DNA of 64,000 nucleotides from NCBI GenBank assembly GCA_052327205.1, contig CM126207.1, positions 217,620,001 to 217,684,000 of the forward strand. The letters run 5' to 3'. The notes beneath the pieces were generated by a model. It ran no database searches. It was not told where the DNA came from and saw only the letters and a list, made by a program, of their open reading frames with translations. Every line of letters begins with the position of its first letter. Positions within the stretch are counted from its first letter, which is position 1. This DNA comes from Somniosus microcephalus. Lineage: Eukaryota. Of this stretch, positions 39,846 through 53,713 are shown piece after piece. Made by a program: the position numbers and the translations under genes.

Positions 39846-41149
39846 AATTCGTTGTTATTTTTGTAATTGAAAATGGTCACAGCACTGCAAATATGCTGCG
39901 GCAGTTAACCATCAAATACATACAACTGGCTTGTAAAACGGTAGACAGTAATTTCTCAGTTTATAGGAAAACGACAACACAATACTTGTTCTTGTTCACT
40001 AAACTGGTCCATTCAAATATCTGCTTCCATCAAAAAAAAATCTGAGGAAGCTCCAGGAAGGCAAATAGTTAGTAATTAACGCTTCATTTTACTCAATTTT
40101 ATTCACAGTACATAGTAGTCATTGAGCTATATAAAGCATGACCATTTGGTCTGCATTGTGTATGATGTGATATAATAGTGTGAGACTAGTGTTTTTTTTG
40201 CAAACATCTTTTTCACAAGTAAATGTGGTCTGTAGGCAGGGATAGGCCATGTAAATGTACATTTACTACTCATACATAATTGTTGGGGACCCCATGTGGT
40301 TTTGTTCTTGAACTCTCGACCAGTGTTCTTTCAGTTTTTATGAATAGCATATGCAGGGAGTTTTTCCACTCATTTCTATTTGCTAAACTGGGTTAGTTGA
40401 TTGGACAGGTGATTAGGTAGCCTGAACAGAAATATGAAGTGACGTTTCAGGTACAAAAATGCAATCAGTATGTAATTTCTGAAGTGCATACATTTAGGAA
40501 AGTAATAACATGCATTTTGATTTCTGAATGTTTAAAACAGCAATGCATTATTTTCAGGAATACACATTATGGGCTAGTTTAAAAATATCAAGAATTTGTT
40601 TAAATTAAATTTACATATATTAAATCTAATATTATATGCCATTGCAATTTTAGATGTTTGAATAAAATGGAGATATGTATGAATGGGAAAACTAAGTACT
40701 TGGTTGTTATGGCTACAGTTTGAGTATGCATGTAAGTTTGGTTTCGGTTCTAGGTATAGGAATGGTTTATAGGTATATAAGTCTGATAATGTGTCGTATT
40801 AGGTATCAATACAGGTACAGGTGTTGATGGCAGGACCCAGACAATGCTGGTTCCACTAAAAGGTTTTATATTGCTTTCTGTACAGACATCGAAGTTACTA
40901 TCAGCTGATTGTCACATTTTCTATTCAGATTCTCAGTCGTGGACACTCTGACTTTCAGGTAGCATGTTTCAACTAAGACATATTTTAGATATGCTCATGA
41001 ATAGGCTTTACACATGGCTTTTAAAAACAAGAATCATCTCCATTTTATTTAAACATCTATAATTGCAATGGCATATAAACGAGACAAAAATTGCAGCTAC
41101 AATTGGGATCATCTTTGCACTTCAACCATTATTAGATAAAAAGCACAGA

Positions 41150-42130
41150 ACCCGATTTACTTCAATCCTATTTCATAGGATATAATGTCAAGATTTCAAA
41201 AATGCTAAATCCAGCCAACATAAATTTTAATAAAAATGTTCACTAAATGTCTTTGTTATAGCATCACAGAAGAAATTAAGCAGGTTTGTTAAACATTGTC
41301 TATAAGGAATAAAATAATCGTGGATGCTTATATTCCCATTTGCATCCAACAGGATTCTCTAATAATAAGCAAATGGAAACGTTAGCTGACATTTTGCTTA
41401 GAGCTACACTAGGACTATTTCCATCAGGACACGGTGTCATTCATTTATTCACACACAAAAGTATGTCCTTGTGGCTAATGAGCAATAATCAACACTGGCT
41501 TGACTTTATTCCTTTGCTCCTAGCAATGTTAAATACTGTGATGCAATCCCTTTGCTGAGACACTGGAGAATAAGATTGAGAAGCAATGAAGCAAAGCCTC
41601 AATCCAAAAGCTACAGCTCAGGTTCCATTGTCACTCAATCCACTTTGCGCTTTTATTGCTTTTTGCTATAGTTCTGCAAGGCACGCCGAAGTGGAAAATA
41701 ATGTTAAACAGCATCCGTCTGTTTTCTTATAGAGAGAAGCAATGATAGCACAACTAAGTTGAAAGATATATTCTTCATATTGTGTGATGAACTGTATGTT
41801 TATCTTCTCACAAGGCTTAAAAGAAGAAGAAGCCATCAGCAATAATTCAAATAAGAGAAAATTCAAAAGTAAATAAAACAGTGCATTTCCAATACTTAGC
41901 TGCAAATGCCTTATCCATGCTCAGAGAAACAAAGACTGATGTCTGGTGTTTTTCACCCTCTTTCCAACTTCACCCATTGTTTACTGGCATCATCACGGAC
42001 AGCACATTCACCCAGTGCTTGCCTGAGCCCCAAGATGAACAAATGTCATCTCTATTGTGTTGTTGGTCTAGCTTTGAAGCCACCGCAGCTCTTTGTCTGC
42101 CCTACTAATCCGTTTATTAGGCTCTCTTGA
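41150..42130. promoter_or_regulatory. Candidate downstream CNE
   Basis: About 1 kb of repeat-free sequence with TGACA, TAATG and Sox-like CAATG/CATTG motifs. Confidence 0.35.
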
Positions 42131-43646
42131 TTGTTCTTTCTGAATATCACCACAAAAGCTCGTCTTGTTGTGAACAAAAATGTCAGTGTCAAAAGAAGGG
42201 ATATCCAGCAATTCTGAGCACAGAAGACCTGCAGTACAACTTTCCAGGAGTAGTTGGTGCTGAGACTGAGACAAAGGATGGATAAGATTCTATTCTTCAG
42301 GCCGAGCTCCTTTAAGAGAACAGGACAGTGATTTTGTGGCTTTTGTTGCGGAGGGTAGGGAGCGGGATTCTCTCACTGAATTGGAATAGTAACAAGTGGG
42401 ACTGGGGACCTCTTTGGCTTTTGTAGTGCACTCATCTGAGAGACTGTGCTTTTCTCAGCCCTTCAGATTTATTTTTCCAAAGTTACAGGGCAATTATGGA
42501 AATGTGCCCTTTGAAGCTCAGCCGATTTCTCTTTATTTTCTTCCTCCTGACAAAGCAAAGCTTCTCTTGCAGCCTCAATATTTTTTCGGCAAGTAGGCAA
42601 TCATTTCATGAAGGTTTTGAGGAGTCACTCTAGCAGTCAATTGACCAATGATAAAAAGTTTTAATAAATGTACGTTAAAAGACAGCCTTTGAAGGTTATA
42701 TGGGAAGGAAGTGAAAAACAACACCGGCTGAGTGACACCGAGAAATGGGTTCATGTAAGCTACGTGTTAGTACATGTCATCTTTCCTATGAACAGGCCCC
42801 AGTGAGCTAAGATTGCAGATGACTGCCAGGCATGCAATATGTTTGGCAAAATCATCAGGTCTGCTGCCATAAGTTCCTGCCATGCCAACATATTTTTCAG
42901 TTCTACAAATTTAGCAGGATGAATACTATACTCTCCGTGCCACACATCTGACAAGCAGAAGGCAAAGAATCAACAGGTCTGTACTTTCTCATCTTTGCAC
43001 ATTATTTATCATTGTAGTACAGAATCTCGCCTCACCATGTGAACTAAGGAGACATATTTTCTCCTCTACTTGATATGTTAAAGTTTAGGAAGCGCGTTGG
43101 AGGTCATTCTGGCCAGCTGCAGGCTCAGAGCAAGATTGTGGAAAATAATGTTGCAACTGTATGAGGCATTTGTACACTACCTCTGTGCACAGCAATCATT
43201 CTACAGCAGTGCTGTGCAATGCTTTCTTAATTTGCTGCCTGCTTTTAACAGTTCAAACTGACATTTCTTTGTAATGATTAAAAGACAAAGGGGAAAAAAA
43301 GTCACGTGAAATGAAAATCTTGTCAAAACAGCACGAGATTTGTCACTACTAAGTTTTTTTCACCAGAAATGGCATCAAATTGTACTTTAGACAGTTTTAC
43401 AGCAATGAATGCGAATGTCTGCATGTTTTGAATTCATATCAAATGTACCTGGATTCTTCAACCTAAAGTCTCAATCTTACAGCCTTAGTTAGAAAGAGGA
43501 GCAAAGGATTGAGGGCAAGGGGCAATATTAAACTTTGGCAACATTTTAAAATGGGGGTAAAAGCCATTGAAAGCTCTTATTTCTAATTCTAAAGCAAGGA
43601 AAGTTATTCAAGTTCAATGTTGTCACTCTAATATTAAAGAGACATA

Positions 43647-44619
43647 GGCCCCCATATTTACAGGGGCGGGATTTCCAAGTGGGGGGGAGGAGCTCTGGTC
43701 GGGTCCCAACGTCGTGGAGTTTTGACTCCACAGTGTGCGTGGATTTTTTTTTAAACAGGATCCCTGCCCGGAAGCCAACCTGATTGATAGGCCTGGCTCC
43801 CTGTCGGGTGGGGAACGCTGCAGCAGAGGCTGCAGCCCAGGAGCACGTACGTTTGAGCTACTACGTTAGAGATTGCGAGGGGGGTGGCTACAAAGTGGCT
43901 GTAGGATTGGGGTGTGATCGGGGTGGGGTAGGGTCAGTGATCGTGGGGGAGTTTCGATCATAGGGCGGGTGGGATCAGTGATATAGTGGGGAGTGGGGAA
44001 TTGGTAATATTGTGGGATGGGGGGGTCGTTGATATAGTGGGGGGTTCCGATCGTGGAGGGGGGATTGGTGATATCATGGGGGGGGTCCAATCGCGGGGGG
44101 TGGTCGGTGATCGCGGGGGGGGGGTTCCGATCATGGGGTGGTCGATGATAGCGTTGGGGGGAGTCGGTGATATCATAGAGGGATCCGATTCGGGGGGGGG
44201 GCGGTGGTCCGATTGCGCGGGGGGCGGTGTTTGCTCACAGGGTGGTCAGATCGCAGGGAGGGAAGCAGGTTAGCTTGTGGGGGCTGGGAGGAAGCACTCC
44301 TGCTCTTCCTGGCCCACAAGCAGTGCTGGAAAGCCATTTACCACTTTCTCGCAGCAGTCCTCGCCTCCCTTTAGCTGTCAGGTTTCCCAAAGCCCGGGAA
44401 ACCCAGCTGGCCAGGGTTGAATTTAAAATGGAGCTAAAATCTGAGGCACGCAGAAACATTAAAATATTTGGTTGTCCACGCCCCCACCCCCCCAATCCTG
44501 CCTCCATTAAAACTGGAAGTGGTGGGTTCGGGGCAGGTTGGATTCGGGTTTGAGATTTTTTAAATGTTTACATCCCACCCGACCCAAACCCACATGTTTT
44601 GGGGGTTAAAATTCCCATC
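43647..44619. mobile_element. GC-rich non-autonomous DNA transposon-like insertion with internal G-rich GATC minisatellite
   Basis: Abrupt GC rise, flanking ATA...ATA 3-mer, only weak terminal similarity; repeated GGGGG..CGATC units at 43900-44260; related sequence at 49975-50200. Confidence 0.65.
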
Positions 44620-45534
44620 ATACAGTCAATAGCCCTGCTGTTAAATGGCTCATAAAGGACAAAGTTGAAATAAGCTACACTCTTACACATAACCTTCATT
44701 ATAATGGCCATGAATCTCCAGTGCTAACTGCATTTTCCTGATCTTATAAGACAATTATCTCCCTCTGTCTGTTTGGAAACTCTAATAGTAGCCACATTGA
44801 ATTTAGTTTAATCTATTTTAGGCATAGTTATTACCCACGTCATATCCACAATATTTGTTACATATGATGGCAATTAAAGACAGATCCTCTAGTAGTATAT
44901 TAAGGCATTAAAACAGTTATTTTTAGGCTATTTATATTTAGTGCATCAAAGAATATCAAGTACCAAGGAAAATATGGTAACTGTTTTTTAAAATTGCAGC
45001 TATCATCACATCAAAAGGCCTTCTGGATCAAAACCCAGTGTATGCATAAACTGACAGTATCTCCTTCTCAAGCAATTAGGGAGAAAGTAAGCAGACCTTA
45101 CTACTCTTGCCACCAGCAGTGCGTTTTCCAAAAGCCTTGGTTTATAATACGGAGTAAAAAAAACCTTTCACAATGCTACTACTGTTTTTCTTTCAACGTA
45201 AAATTGTCAGTGATAAATCATTGTTACGACTTTTATGCATTGCCGTATTTTCCAGAAAAAGTACAGCTTCTATTAAAATACTACAAATTTGTGAATGTAC
45301 TGCATTAATAAATGGCTTAACTAAACCCTACTTAACAGCAATGGGGATTCCAAGTGTAAAACAGCACTTACGATCCCTGATTTTCCAATAATTGAAACAA
45401 TGATGTGGAAGTTGGTCCAAAGCACAAGCTCACCTATGCCTGCAGCACGGAGGGCTGGCCCAGTCATATTTTCCAATGGGGTCTCTTCCCTAATTTGAAT
45501 AGGCTGCAGGCAAAGGAAAAGCTTAGCCAAAGAA

Positions 45535-46083
45535 CTTGGTTAGACCACACTTTGAGTACTGTGCACAGTTCTGGTCTACATATTACAAAAAGCATATAGA
45601 GGCACTGGAGAAGGTACATAAAACATTTACAAGGATGATACCAGAACGGAGAAGTTATAACTATCAGGAAAGACTGAACAGGCTGGGTCTCTTTTCTCTA
45701 GAAAAGGGAAGGCTGAGAGGGTGAGCTAATATAGGTCTTTAAAATTATGAAGGGGTTTGATAAGGTAGATGTAGAGAAGCTGTTTCCACTTGTGGGGGAG
45801 TCCAAAACTAGGGGCCATGAATACAAGATAGTCACTAATAGATCCAATAAGGAATTCAGAAGAACGACTGGTTAGAATGTAGAACTCGCTACCACAAGGA
45901 GTAGTTGAGGTGAATAGCATAGATGCATTTAAGGGGAAGCTAGATAAGTACACGAGGGAGAAAGGAATAGAAGGATCTGCCACTAGGGTTAGATGAGTAG
46001 GGTGGGAGGAGGCTCATGTGGAGCATAAACACTGGCATAGTCCAGCTGCGCCGAATGGCCTGTTTCTGTGCTGTAAATTCTAT
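45535..46083 (+). mobile_element. CR1 LINE 3' fragment
   Basis: VRPHFEYCAQFWS...RLGLFSLEKGRLRG; 3' end CCGAATGGCCTGTTTCTGTGCTGTAAATTCTAT; same subfamily as 36871-37905. Confidence 0.92.
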
Positions 46084-46566
46084 GGGTGTAAAATTTGGAT
46101 CTGTAGCGCCCATTTTTGGGGCGCTACAAGTGCCCTTAGAGGTTCAAAATGGCATCAGCGGCACACGTGCACACTTCTGGTGCGCCATATTCATGAAAGC
46201 GTTAGCACGTGGTAAGCATCCGCCGGAAGTATGCAGAGTAGGCAGATCATGATGTCAATCAGTGTGTAATGCTGATTTGATGCCAGCGCTGCCATTTTGG
46301 AACGCAAGGCTCCAGTTAACGCCTTCTCTTAAGCTCGCACAGCTGAACATGCATTCCGCAGCAGGATGGACCCCTCCGCCAGCGCTATTTAAAGGGATCA
46401 GGTTAGTTGCTGATTGATTTTTACTGGCTGTTGCTATGATTGCACAAGTGTTTGGTGCTTTCTAGAGTTCTTTAAAGTTGCTAAAGTCTACAGGGAGTGG
46501 TGTGGCAGGTGCTGAAGGACTTTTTCCTGACTTCAAGGCTTCTGCACAAACCTTTTGCTCCCAGAC

Positions 46567-47707
46567 ATGGGTGCACTAGTAGGAATTCCCCTTGGAATAC
46601 AGCATGACTTGGAGAATGAACAGAGGCGACACAAAGCAGGGCAATCTGCTAGACGAGGGAGGAGGAGGGGGAGATGAGCTCTCAGTAGGAGGCCATATCC
46701 ACCCAAGGTTTTAAGGAAGCAATTCTCCTACCTGAACCTCAGCGAGGAACAATGTGTCAGACATCTGCACTTCAGTAAGGACGTCCTCACTGAAATCTGC
46801 CACCTGCTGCAGCCACAACTGCAACCTCAGAGCAGGGCAAGGACCGCATTGCCAGTAGCTGTGAAGGTGACCATGGCCATGAGCTTTTATGCGTCAGGCT
46901 CCTTCCAGGCTGGAGCTGGAGATATTTGCAACATCTCCCAGTTTGCTGTCCACTGTTGAGTAAGGGAGGTCACTGAGGCTCTGTATTCAAAGAGAGCTGA
47001 TGACATTTCATTCTCTCTTGCCAGAGAGCAGCAGGCGGAGCGAGCACACGGCTTCATGATGATTGCAGGCTTCCCCATGGTGCAGGGTGCCATTGACTGA
47101 ACATATGTCGCTTTGCGGGCACCGCATGTCAATTGTGACATGTACCGCAGCTGAAAGGGATTCCACTCCCTCAACGTCCAGCTGGTGTGCGACCATAAGC
47201 AATGAATCATGCAGGTCAATGCCTGGTATCCTGGCAGCAGTCATGATGCCTTCATATTGTGACAGTCCGCTGCACCATCTGCATTTGAGCCTTGACGACA
47301 AACCAGAGGGTGGCTATCCGCTGACGACATGGCTCATGACTCCGGTGTGCAACCCACACACACATGGGCAGCATGCATACCACGAAAGCCACGCTGCCAC
47401 ACAAAATGTCATAGAGCACACAATTGGCAAGCTGAAACAATGCTTCCACTGCCTGGACAACTCTGGAGGAGCCGTGCAGTACTCAGCAGAGCTGGTGTCA
47501 AGATTCGTGGTGGTCTGCTGCATGCTGCACAACCTCACCATCATGAGGGCATAGCCCTTGCCACCAGCTATACATCAAGCAGCTGAGGAGCAGGAGTGGG
47601 AGGAGCAGGAGGAGGAGGCGGTGGAAGAGGAAAGGAGGAGGCAACCTAGACTGCCACTTTCTGGCCGAGTTGTCCGTGAACAACTCATCCCATTGCGATG
47701 CCAGTAA
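46567..47707 (+). pseudogene. Harbinger (HARBI1-like) DDE transposase pseudogene
   Basis: FYASGSFQ, GFPMVQGAID*T, KGFHSLNVQLVCD, YPGSSHDAFIL, GYPLTTWLMTP, VIEHTIGKLKQCF, CCMLHNL; several stops, and the GDxGY motif is partly deleted. Confidence 0.92.
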
Positions 47708-47952
47708 ATGTAACCCCAATTCTCCATTCACCAACAGTCCCACAGCTTACCTTCCCTTTGTTACTGACCATCACAGCATCCGCTTGGCCACAATGCAAAA
47801 ATAAAAGCCAACGGAAACTAAACACTCCAAACCAAATTCTTAAATCAAAGCATGCCATATTGCATACGAACGTCAATTAATCACCCAATTACACTTGTAA
47901 ATTCCCTTAGTGCCTGTCTTCTGTGCGCCTTTGCCTGAGTTCCTACGCAGTG

Positions 47953-49245
47953 CTACCCCAGTGGCTGCAGCATGGCTAGTGGAAGACTGCTGATATTCAG
48001 TGGGGAGACTGCAGATGGGCTTGGAGGACGACCTTGAGCAGCTCTAGGCCTAGAAGGCCCAGCTTTGGACTGCACCATCTCAGCATGGGCGGCAGCAGTC
48101 TGGGCTGGGTGGCTGACAGGCAACAGCAAAGGCACTGGCAGATTGGCAGGGCTGGGAGGACGAATGCTGTCACCCTGAGAGAGGACAGCAGGTTCGTGCT
48201 CCATGGAGCCATTGCCATTCCCACTCTCCCAGGATGGTGCCTCAGCAATCCTAGTAATCTGTTGGAGGACAGATTGCTGGACTGCTGTGACACCCTGCAA
48301 GCCCCTTTGAACACTGGTATCTGCAGCCATGATGGCAGCAAGCTGACCTTGCATGACAGAAATCTAATCTTCCACTGCAGCACTCAGACGTTGGGTGACT
48401 TCTGCTTGTGTGCAGTGGAAACCGAGACGTCGGCCATCAGACACGCATCATGGTTGAGTCCACAAGTGTGCTAATGGAGTTGGCCACCACTTCCATACTG
48501 GAAAGGATGGTCTCTGCACAAAGCCCTGTGCAAAGTTGGTACCGGACTCAACCATGCTCCTTGACATTGCACGCAGACTTTATGGCAAGCCTTCTTCTTC
48601 AGCCCGCCCCATTAAAGTGCTCATCCGAGTCCTCTGCAGTAGAACTCATGTGCGACCTCACCCTCTGGCGAGCTGGCATCTGCGTAACCCTTGCCCCCAG
48701 TGACTGCTGTCTCTGGTTGTGCACCAGCTTGTCCTGCAACAGAGAGGGAAGTGTGTCAGTGAGTGTTGTGCAATCTGTTTGTGTGGTGTGGCTGTCACAG
48801 TTGAATAGCTGGCAGTGTGTGCAAGCTGAGAGATGTGAGTTTGAGGCTTGCAGCAGTGCAAAGTGTGTGAGGGTGAGGTGCAACTATAGATGTTAAGTAT
48901 GAGTCCTGTTTAACAGAGATTGTTGGTAGGTGAGTGATGGGGTTGTGTGCATTGAGCAATGGCTGAGGTGGTGCAGTTGGTAGGATATGGCATTTGAAGA
49001 TACAATTACTGACTTTGACCACTCATGTGAGGGCATTGAACTTTTTGTGGCACTGCATTCAGGGCTTGACTCCTGGCATTGACTACCATGTCTATCTGGT
49101 CCCACTGCCTTCTGAGCGTTTATCTGAAGGACCTCCTGGCCTCATGTGGATAGAGCACATCTCTCCTCCTCTCCACCTCCTCCACTAAGGCCTCCAGTGC
49201 AGCATCAGAAAATCTTGGAGTCCACTCTCTCCCATGTTGTGCCAT
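47953..49245 (-). pseudogene. Harbinger Myb/SANT-like (trihelix) accessory protein pseudogene, spliced
   Basis: MAQHGREWTPRFSDAALEALVEEVERRRDVLYP...RRQWDQI...QCHKKFNAL; donor near 49013, acceptor ttgcag near 48735 then DKLVHNQR; stop and frameshift present. Confidence 0.8.
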
Positions 49246-50504
49246 TATTCCGTTCTTTTCCACATCAGAATGAGTTCCACAACAGCTTCCACCACCTACT
49301 CCAGCCACAATGCACCTCCTTTAAAAGGTGCAGACTGGCTTTAAGTAGTGCAGGCTAAGTGGTGCTAGCATCTCACAATTGTGCCCCCCCCCCCCCCCCA
49401 CTGAGGCATGCAGCCACCCAACAGTGTGTTTAGCACTGGCTGCATGCTGCAATCATGCTAATGAGCAGGCAGCACGAAGTTGGCTTGCTGCCTGCATCAG
49501 AAGGAGATTCAACTGCAAAGTGGTACTCCAAATGAGAGTGACCTTACTTGGAGCTGAAGACCACCCTCCAGTTAAAGCACAGCTGTAGGCTGCTTGGAGG
49601 AAGGGTGCCAATTAAATCACTGCCATCACCCATGCCCCTTGCACCTGTTGCAAATGAGGAAGAAGTGTGCTCCATACTTTTATTCATGTTTCTTGTAGAG
49701 TTCACAAAGCTTTGACGCAAATTTACAGTAGGAACTCCCACACCCTCTGGGATGTATCATTTCAAGTACTGTACACCACCATTGCTCTTTTGCACATACT
49801 CTTTCATTGTGCTAAAGCTGTATCGGACACTCTCCTTGCAGGTAGAAATGGCAGATATGGAACAGGCCTGCAGCCCATAGCCTTCCTCTGTTGTTAGATG
49901 GTTTCTCAGGGGCATCAACATCTGAGTTGGAGCCATCATGGAGCACAGTAAGCCAGTTAAGAGTATACTAAGATCGGGCATCGCAGCGGCCCTCAGGTAA
50001 GCGGGGGTTGGGAGATAGGAGGCCGGTGAGAGGAATTGGAGGCTGGGTCGGGTGGAGCAGGAGTGATCGGTGTGGGGTGGGGGGTTGGGGGGGGTGCAGA
50101 TAGTGGCGATCGGGAGGCAGGGCTGTGCAGCTCCTGCTCCTCCCGGCTCTACCTTCAGGTACGTAAATTTCAAAAACTTACCTTTTTGGTAGCAGACGAT
50201 TCCAAGGTATGGTTTTACTGAGTGCCTCAGAGCCAACCAATTTTGCAGTGGTTGTGGCATATGCACAGGGTCTAACACCTACTTCCAGCGTGGGCACTAC
50301 GCATCATTTTTTTTCTTTTCCCAATATAGCAGACTGCGCACTTCCAGCCGGAAATGTGCGCATGCTTCCTGCCCGTCATTTTGAGGGCTTAGTAGGCTGG
50401 TTAGCACCTGTAAAACGGGGGCTGCTTGGCCCTATTTATCGGCTAATTGTAAGAATTCACTCACAACTTATTTAAACCAGCAAAAAATGTTTTGGGGCTA
50501 TAAA

Positions 50505-50765
50505 AAGATAAAAATGTGAATGCTGCAAATCTGAAGTGAAAAGAAAATGCTGCAAATGGACAGAAGGTCTATAAGTATCTGCAATGCAGATTGGTATCAC
50601 CTTCCTTTGAGGACTTCCTAATCAGGTTTAAGAAGGCTCCTCAGTCTGCAGATGATATCAGACTTATCTTTCAAGCTCTGTTGCTTGGCGTGAAGTTCCT
50701 GAGGGTAACTGCTGTCCAGAGGAGTTTCTGGATTTTTTTTTTCATAAATTAGAAAATAAAAATGA
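50505..50765. repeat. Degenerate copy of the palindromic Penelope-type element
   Basis: Left arm AATCTGAAGTGAAAAGAAAATGCTGCAAAT resembles 58621-58654. Confidence 0.4.
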
Positions 50766-52428
50766 AAAACATTTTTCAAGCACATGAATGATGGCCAAAA
50801 GAAAATTCTGCAAAAGACATTTTCCCCCTTTATTGCATTCCATTGCCAGGCTGCATCAGGAGGTGGCATGTGTACATAATCAGGAGTGGAATGCAACAGT
50901 CCTCTTCCATGTGAATACAATGAATTGCTTGGAATGTCAACCTTCACACGTCTGTCTGAAAACAGTTAATTTAACCACCCAACTGTAGAGAATTCATTAA
51001 ATTCATTATTTTCTTTTTCAATTTGTAATTGACTGCACTGCACGTTCCTGACACGCGTGCCTTTCTTATGTTGTGTGTGACACTGCACCAAGCAACAAGA
51101 CAGCAAATATAAAGAAAATATTTCTGGGCCTGCCAGAAGAAATCTTGTATGTCACGGGCATCATGTTGTCTTTTTTTAAAGTAAATTGGCTTGAATTTGA
51201 AATTATTGGTCTAAAACAGAATGTTATACTGAATGGCATCCTAACCAACACATTTAAAGCAACTGTGCCAAGGTGTACATGAGTAATTGATATTTGATTT
51301 AAATAATTTTGATTTGTCATTTTAAACACTTTTTTTAAAAAACAAAACCAGTTTTCTCCCTCTCCTTGTTGTGCACCAATCCCCAATAAATAAGATAAGC
51401 AGGTATTCTCTTAGACTGTTGCCAACAGTACACTCTGATCCGCTACCAGTAGGTATAAAGGACTGGACCAATTGTCAGTTGTTTTCCCTCCCCTCCCCCA
51501 GTACCCCCATGTGGACAAGTGGCTTAACTTCACCAATGGTTAACGACATTTGGGAGTTGGAGTCAGAGCCACAAACACATATTGCTTCTCAACACAACTC
51601 TTCTTGTGCACTTGTCACTGAATGCAAATTGTAAAAAGCCAGTAACTCATTTTTACAGAATTCAGCAGTCAATAGCAATAGCAAACACCGGGAATAATCA
51701 TGGCTGAGACAAAGGCTATTCCTTGCTGATTTACATGGGGCTGGATTGAACACTGAAAAATGACTCTACCCAGCAGACAGTTTTAATACTACCACCTACT
51801 TAAAATGATCCTTGTGCTTTCTTTAAAACATTTGAGTGCTACAAGCTCATTTCTGTGGGATGTAGATATAGATGGCAGCTCATTACAGTGGCACAAGCAC
51901 TGTCCTCTTTAGCCTCATTTTAATTTTCAAAACTGCAAAATTTGGCATAATAAAAAAGATACCTTTTAAATTCAACCCACGTCTACTTATTTGAGAGTCA
52001 CCAGGTCTTTCTTTAAGAAGGAAGGCACACTTACTCCCCAGCGTTAGTGGTTTTTCCTGGCCAGAAGCTCAGCATAAATGCATCAAAACCTACTTCAATT
52101 CAGACAACTCTATTTATGTCTCTGCACTCTTGAACATTTGCGTTTTTATAAAATGATAGAGCTTTACAGCACAGAAGGAAGCCATTTCAGCATATCCTAC
52201 TTTTGTCAGCTCTCTGAAATTTCATTCCCCTGCCCTTTCCCCCATACACTCTTAAATTTTTCTTTTTCAAATATTTATCCATTTCCCTTCTAAAAGCTAC
52301 TATGGATCCTGCTTCCATCACTTTTTCTGGTAGGGTATTCCATGTTCTAAGAACCTTTTTGCAAAGTTAAACATTCTCTCAATCTCTCCCTTTATTCTGC
52401 CAGTGATGATCTTAAATTTATGCTCTCT

Positions 52429-52770
52429 ACAACAACAACTTGCATTTATATAGCATCTGTAATGTAGTAAAACGTCCCAAGGCGCTTCACAGGGGGCATT
52501 ATTAAACAAAGTTTGATACCGAGCCACATAAGGAGATATTAGGGCAGGTGACCAAAAACTTGGCCAATGGGGTAGGTTTCAAGGAATGTTTTAAAGGAGG
52601 AGAGGGAAGTGGAGGGAATTCCAGAGCTTAGGGCTAAAGCAGCTGAAGGCACGGCTGCCAATGGTGGAACGATGAAAACCAGGGATGCGCAGGAGGCCAG
52701 AATTGGAGGAGCACAGAGATCTTGGAGGGTTGTAGTGCTGGAGCAGGTTATAGAGATAGGGAGGGGTGAG
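52429..52770 (-). mobile_element. L2-clade LINE 3' end
   Basis: Minus-strand PPYLYNLLQHYNPPRSLCSSNSGLL...GSRAFSCFSPKLWNSL; 3' end GCTATATAAATGCAAG(TTG)n. Confidence 0.85.
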
Positions 52771-52893
52771 TCCCCTAGTTACTGATTCACCGATACAGCT
52801 TTTCATGATTTACTTTATCAAAACCTCTCACAACTTTGAACACCTTTATTGCTTCTCCTCTTAACCTTCATTGTTCCAATGAAAAGAGACCCA

Positions 52894-53713
52894 GGCCTTG
52901 AAGTGGGGAACACTGGAAACCTGCCGGTAACATTGGCGGCCAAGGATAATGGCCGCCGGCCGAGAGAGTGCAGGCAGTACCGGTATTTTGGTACTGTCTG
53001 CTCATTATCATCAGCGTGGCGGTGATTTTCTAGTGCAGCGCTAATCTCAGAAGGAGGCCAAAGGTCACCTCTGTCTCCCACTCGCAGTGTAGGGGAACGG
53101 GGAAGAAAGGAGCGACCCAAACAGCTGCCTGCATTACATGCTTCAAAAATATTAGCTGCCACCCGATGTTTGTCGATTTTTTGTTTGTTTATGACATGAA
53201 TGCAAGTAAAAGAGATCTTATTACAGATCAGCTTCAATCATTGCAATGGAGTTCATCCATTGAGTTACTGACCCACAAACTCTGCAACCTTTGGGAAAGC
53301 TACCAGAAAATGCAACTCCCCCATCCCTGATGGACAAAACCTGAAAGTTTAAAAGAAGAACTTTGGCAAAGGAGGCATTTGAAGTCCTGGTGTCCATTCT
53401 CATAAGCTCTGCCAAAGTCCTCAAGACTGTTAATGCTGCTGAAAGACCTTTTAGCGGCAGCGAAAACTGGCGTGATTTAGTCCGGGCAGCAATGTGAGCA
53501 GAGAACTCCAAAATGGATGAGCTGGCATCAACTCGGTGTTGCACGCCGATTGACATCACGCTCCACCTCATTAACATATTCTCACCAATAGCAGGCAACG
53601 ATAGTGCAGACGACCTGCCGAAAATGGCAGCCGCCACGGTACCCGCCACCAGCTGGCGAAAGAGCGCCCACCACCGTTTTTTTCATGGTGCTACCCACCC
53701 GAATTTCTCGGTC
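52894..53713. mobile_element. Non-autonomous PIF/Harbinger-like element
   Basis: 3-bp TSD CCA; degenerate ends resembling the GGCCTAGAAATT TIR of 62698-63397; cleanly splits the CR1 fragment. Confidence 0.65.

Larger units (their letters stand above)
46084..50444. mobile_element. Decayed autonomous PIF/Harbinger DNA transposon (right boundary uncertain, 49500 to 50444)
   Basis: Convergent transposase and Myb/SANT-like genes; left end GGGTGTAAAATTTGG; only a degenerate inverted match (23/36) at ~50403-50438. Confidence 0.75.

Noticed and set aside
42290-42400. Coding-like stretch SGRAPLREQDSDFVAFVAEGRERDSLTELE as a further Sowah pseudo-exon
   Set aside because: Similarity too weak to claim by eye, with no ankyrin motif following; worth including in the tblastn test only.
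49500-49960. Cys/His-rich minus-strand fragments suggesting a DIRS-type relic within the Harbinger interval
   Set aside because: Motifs fall in different frames and are too degenerate to assign.
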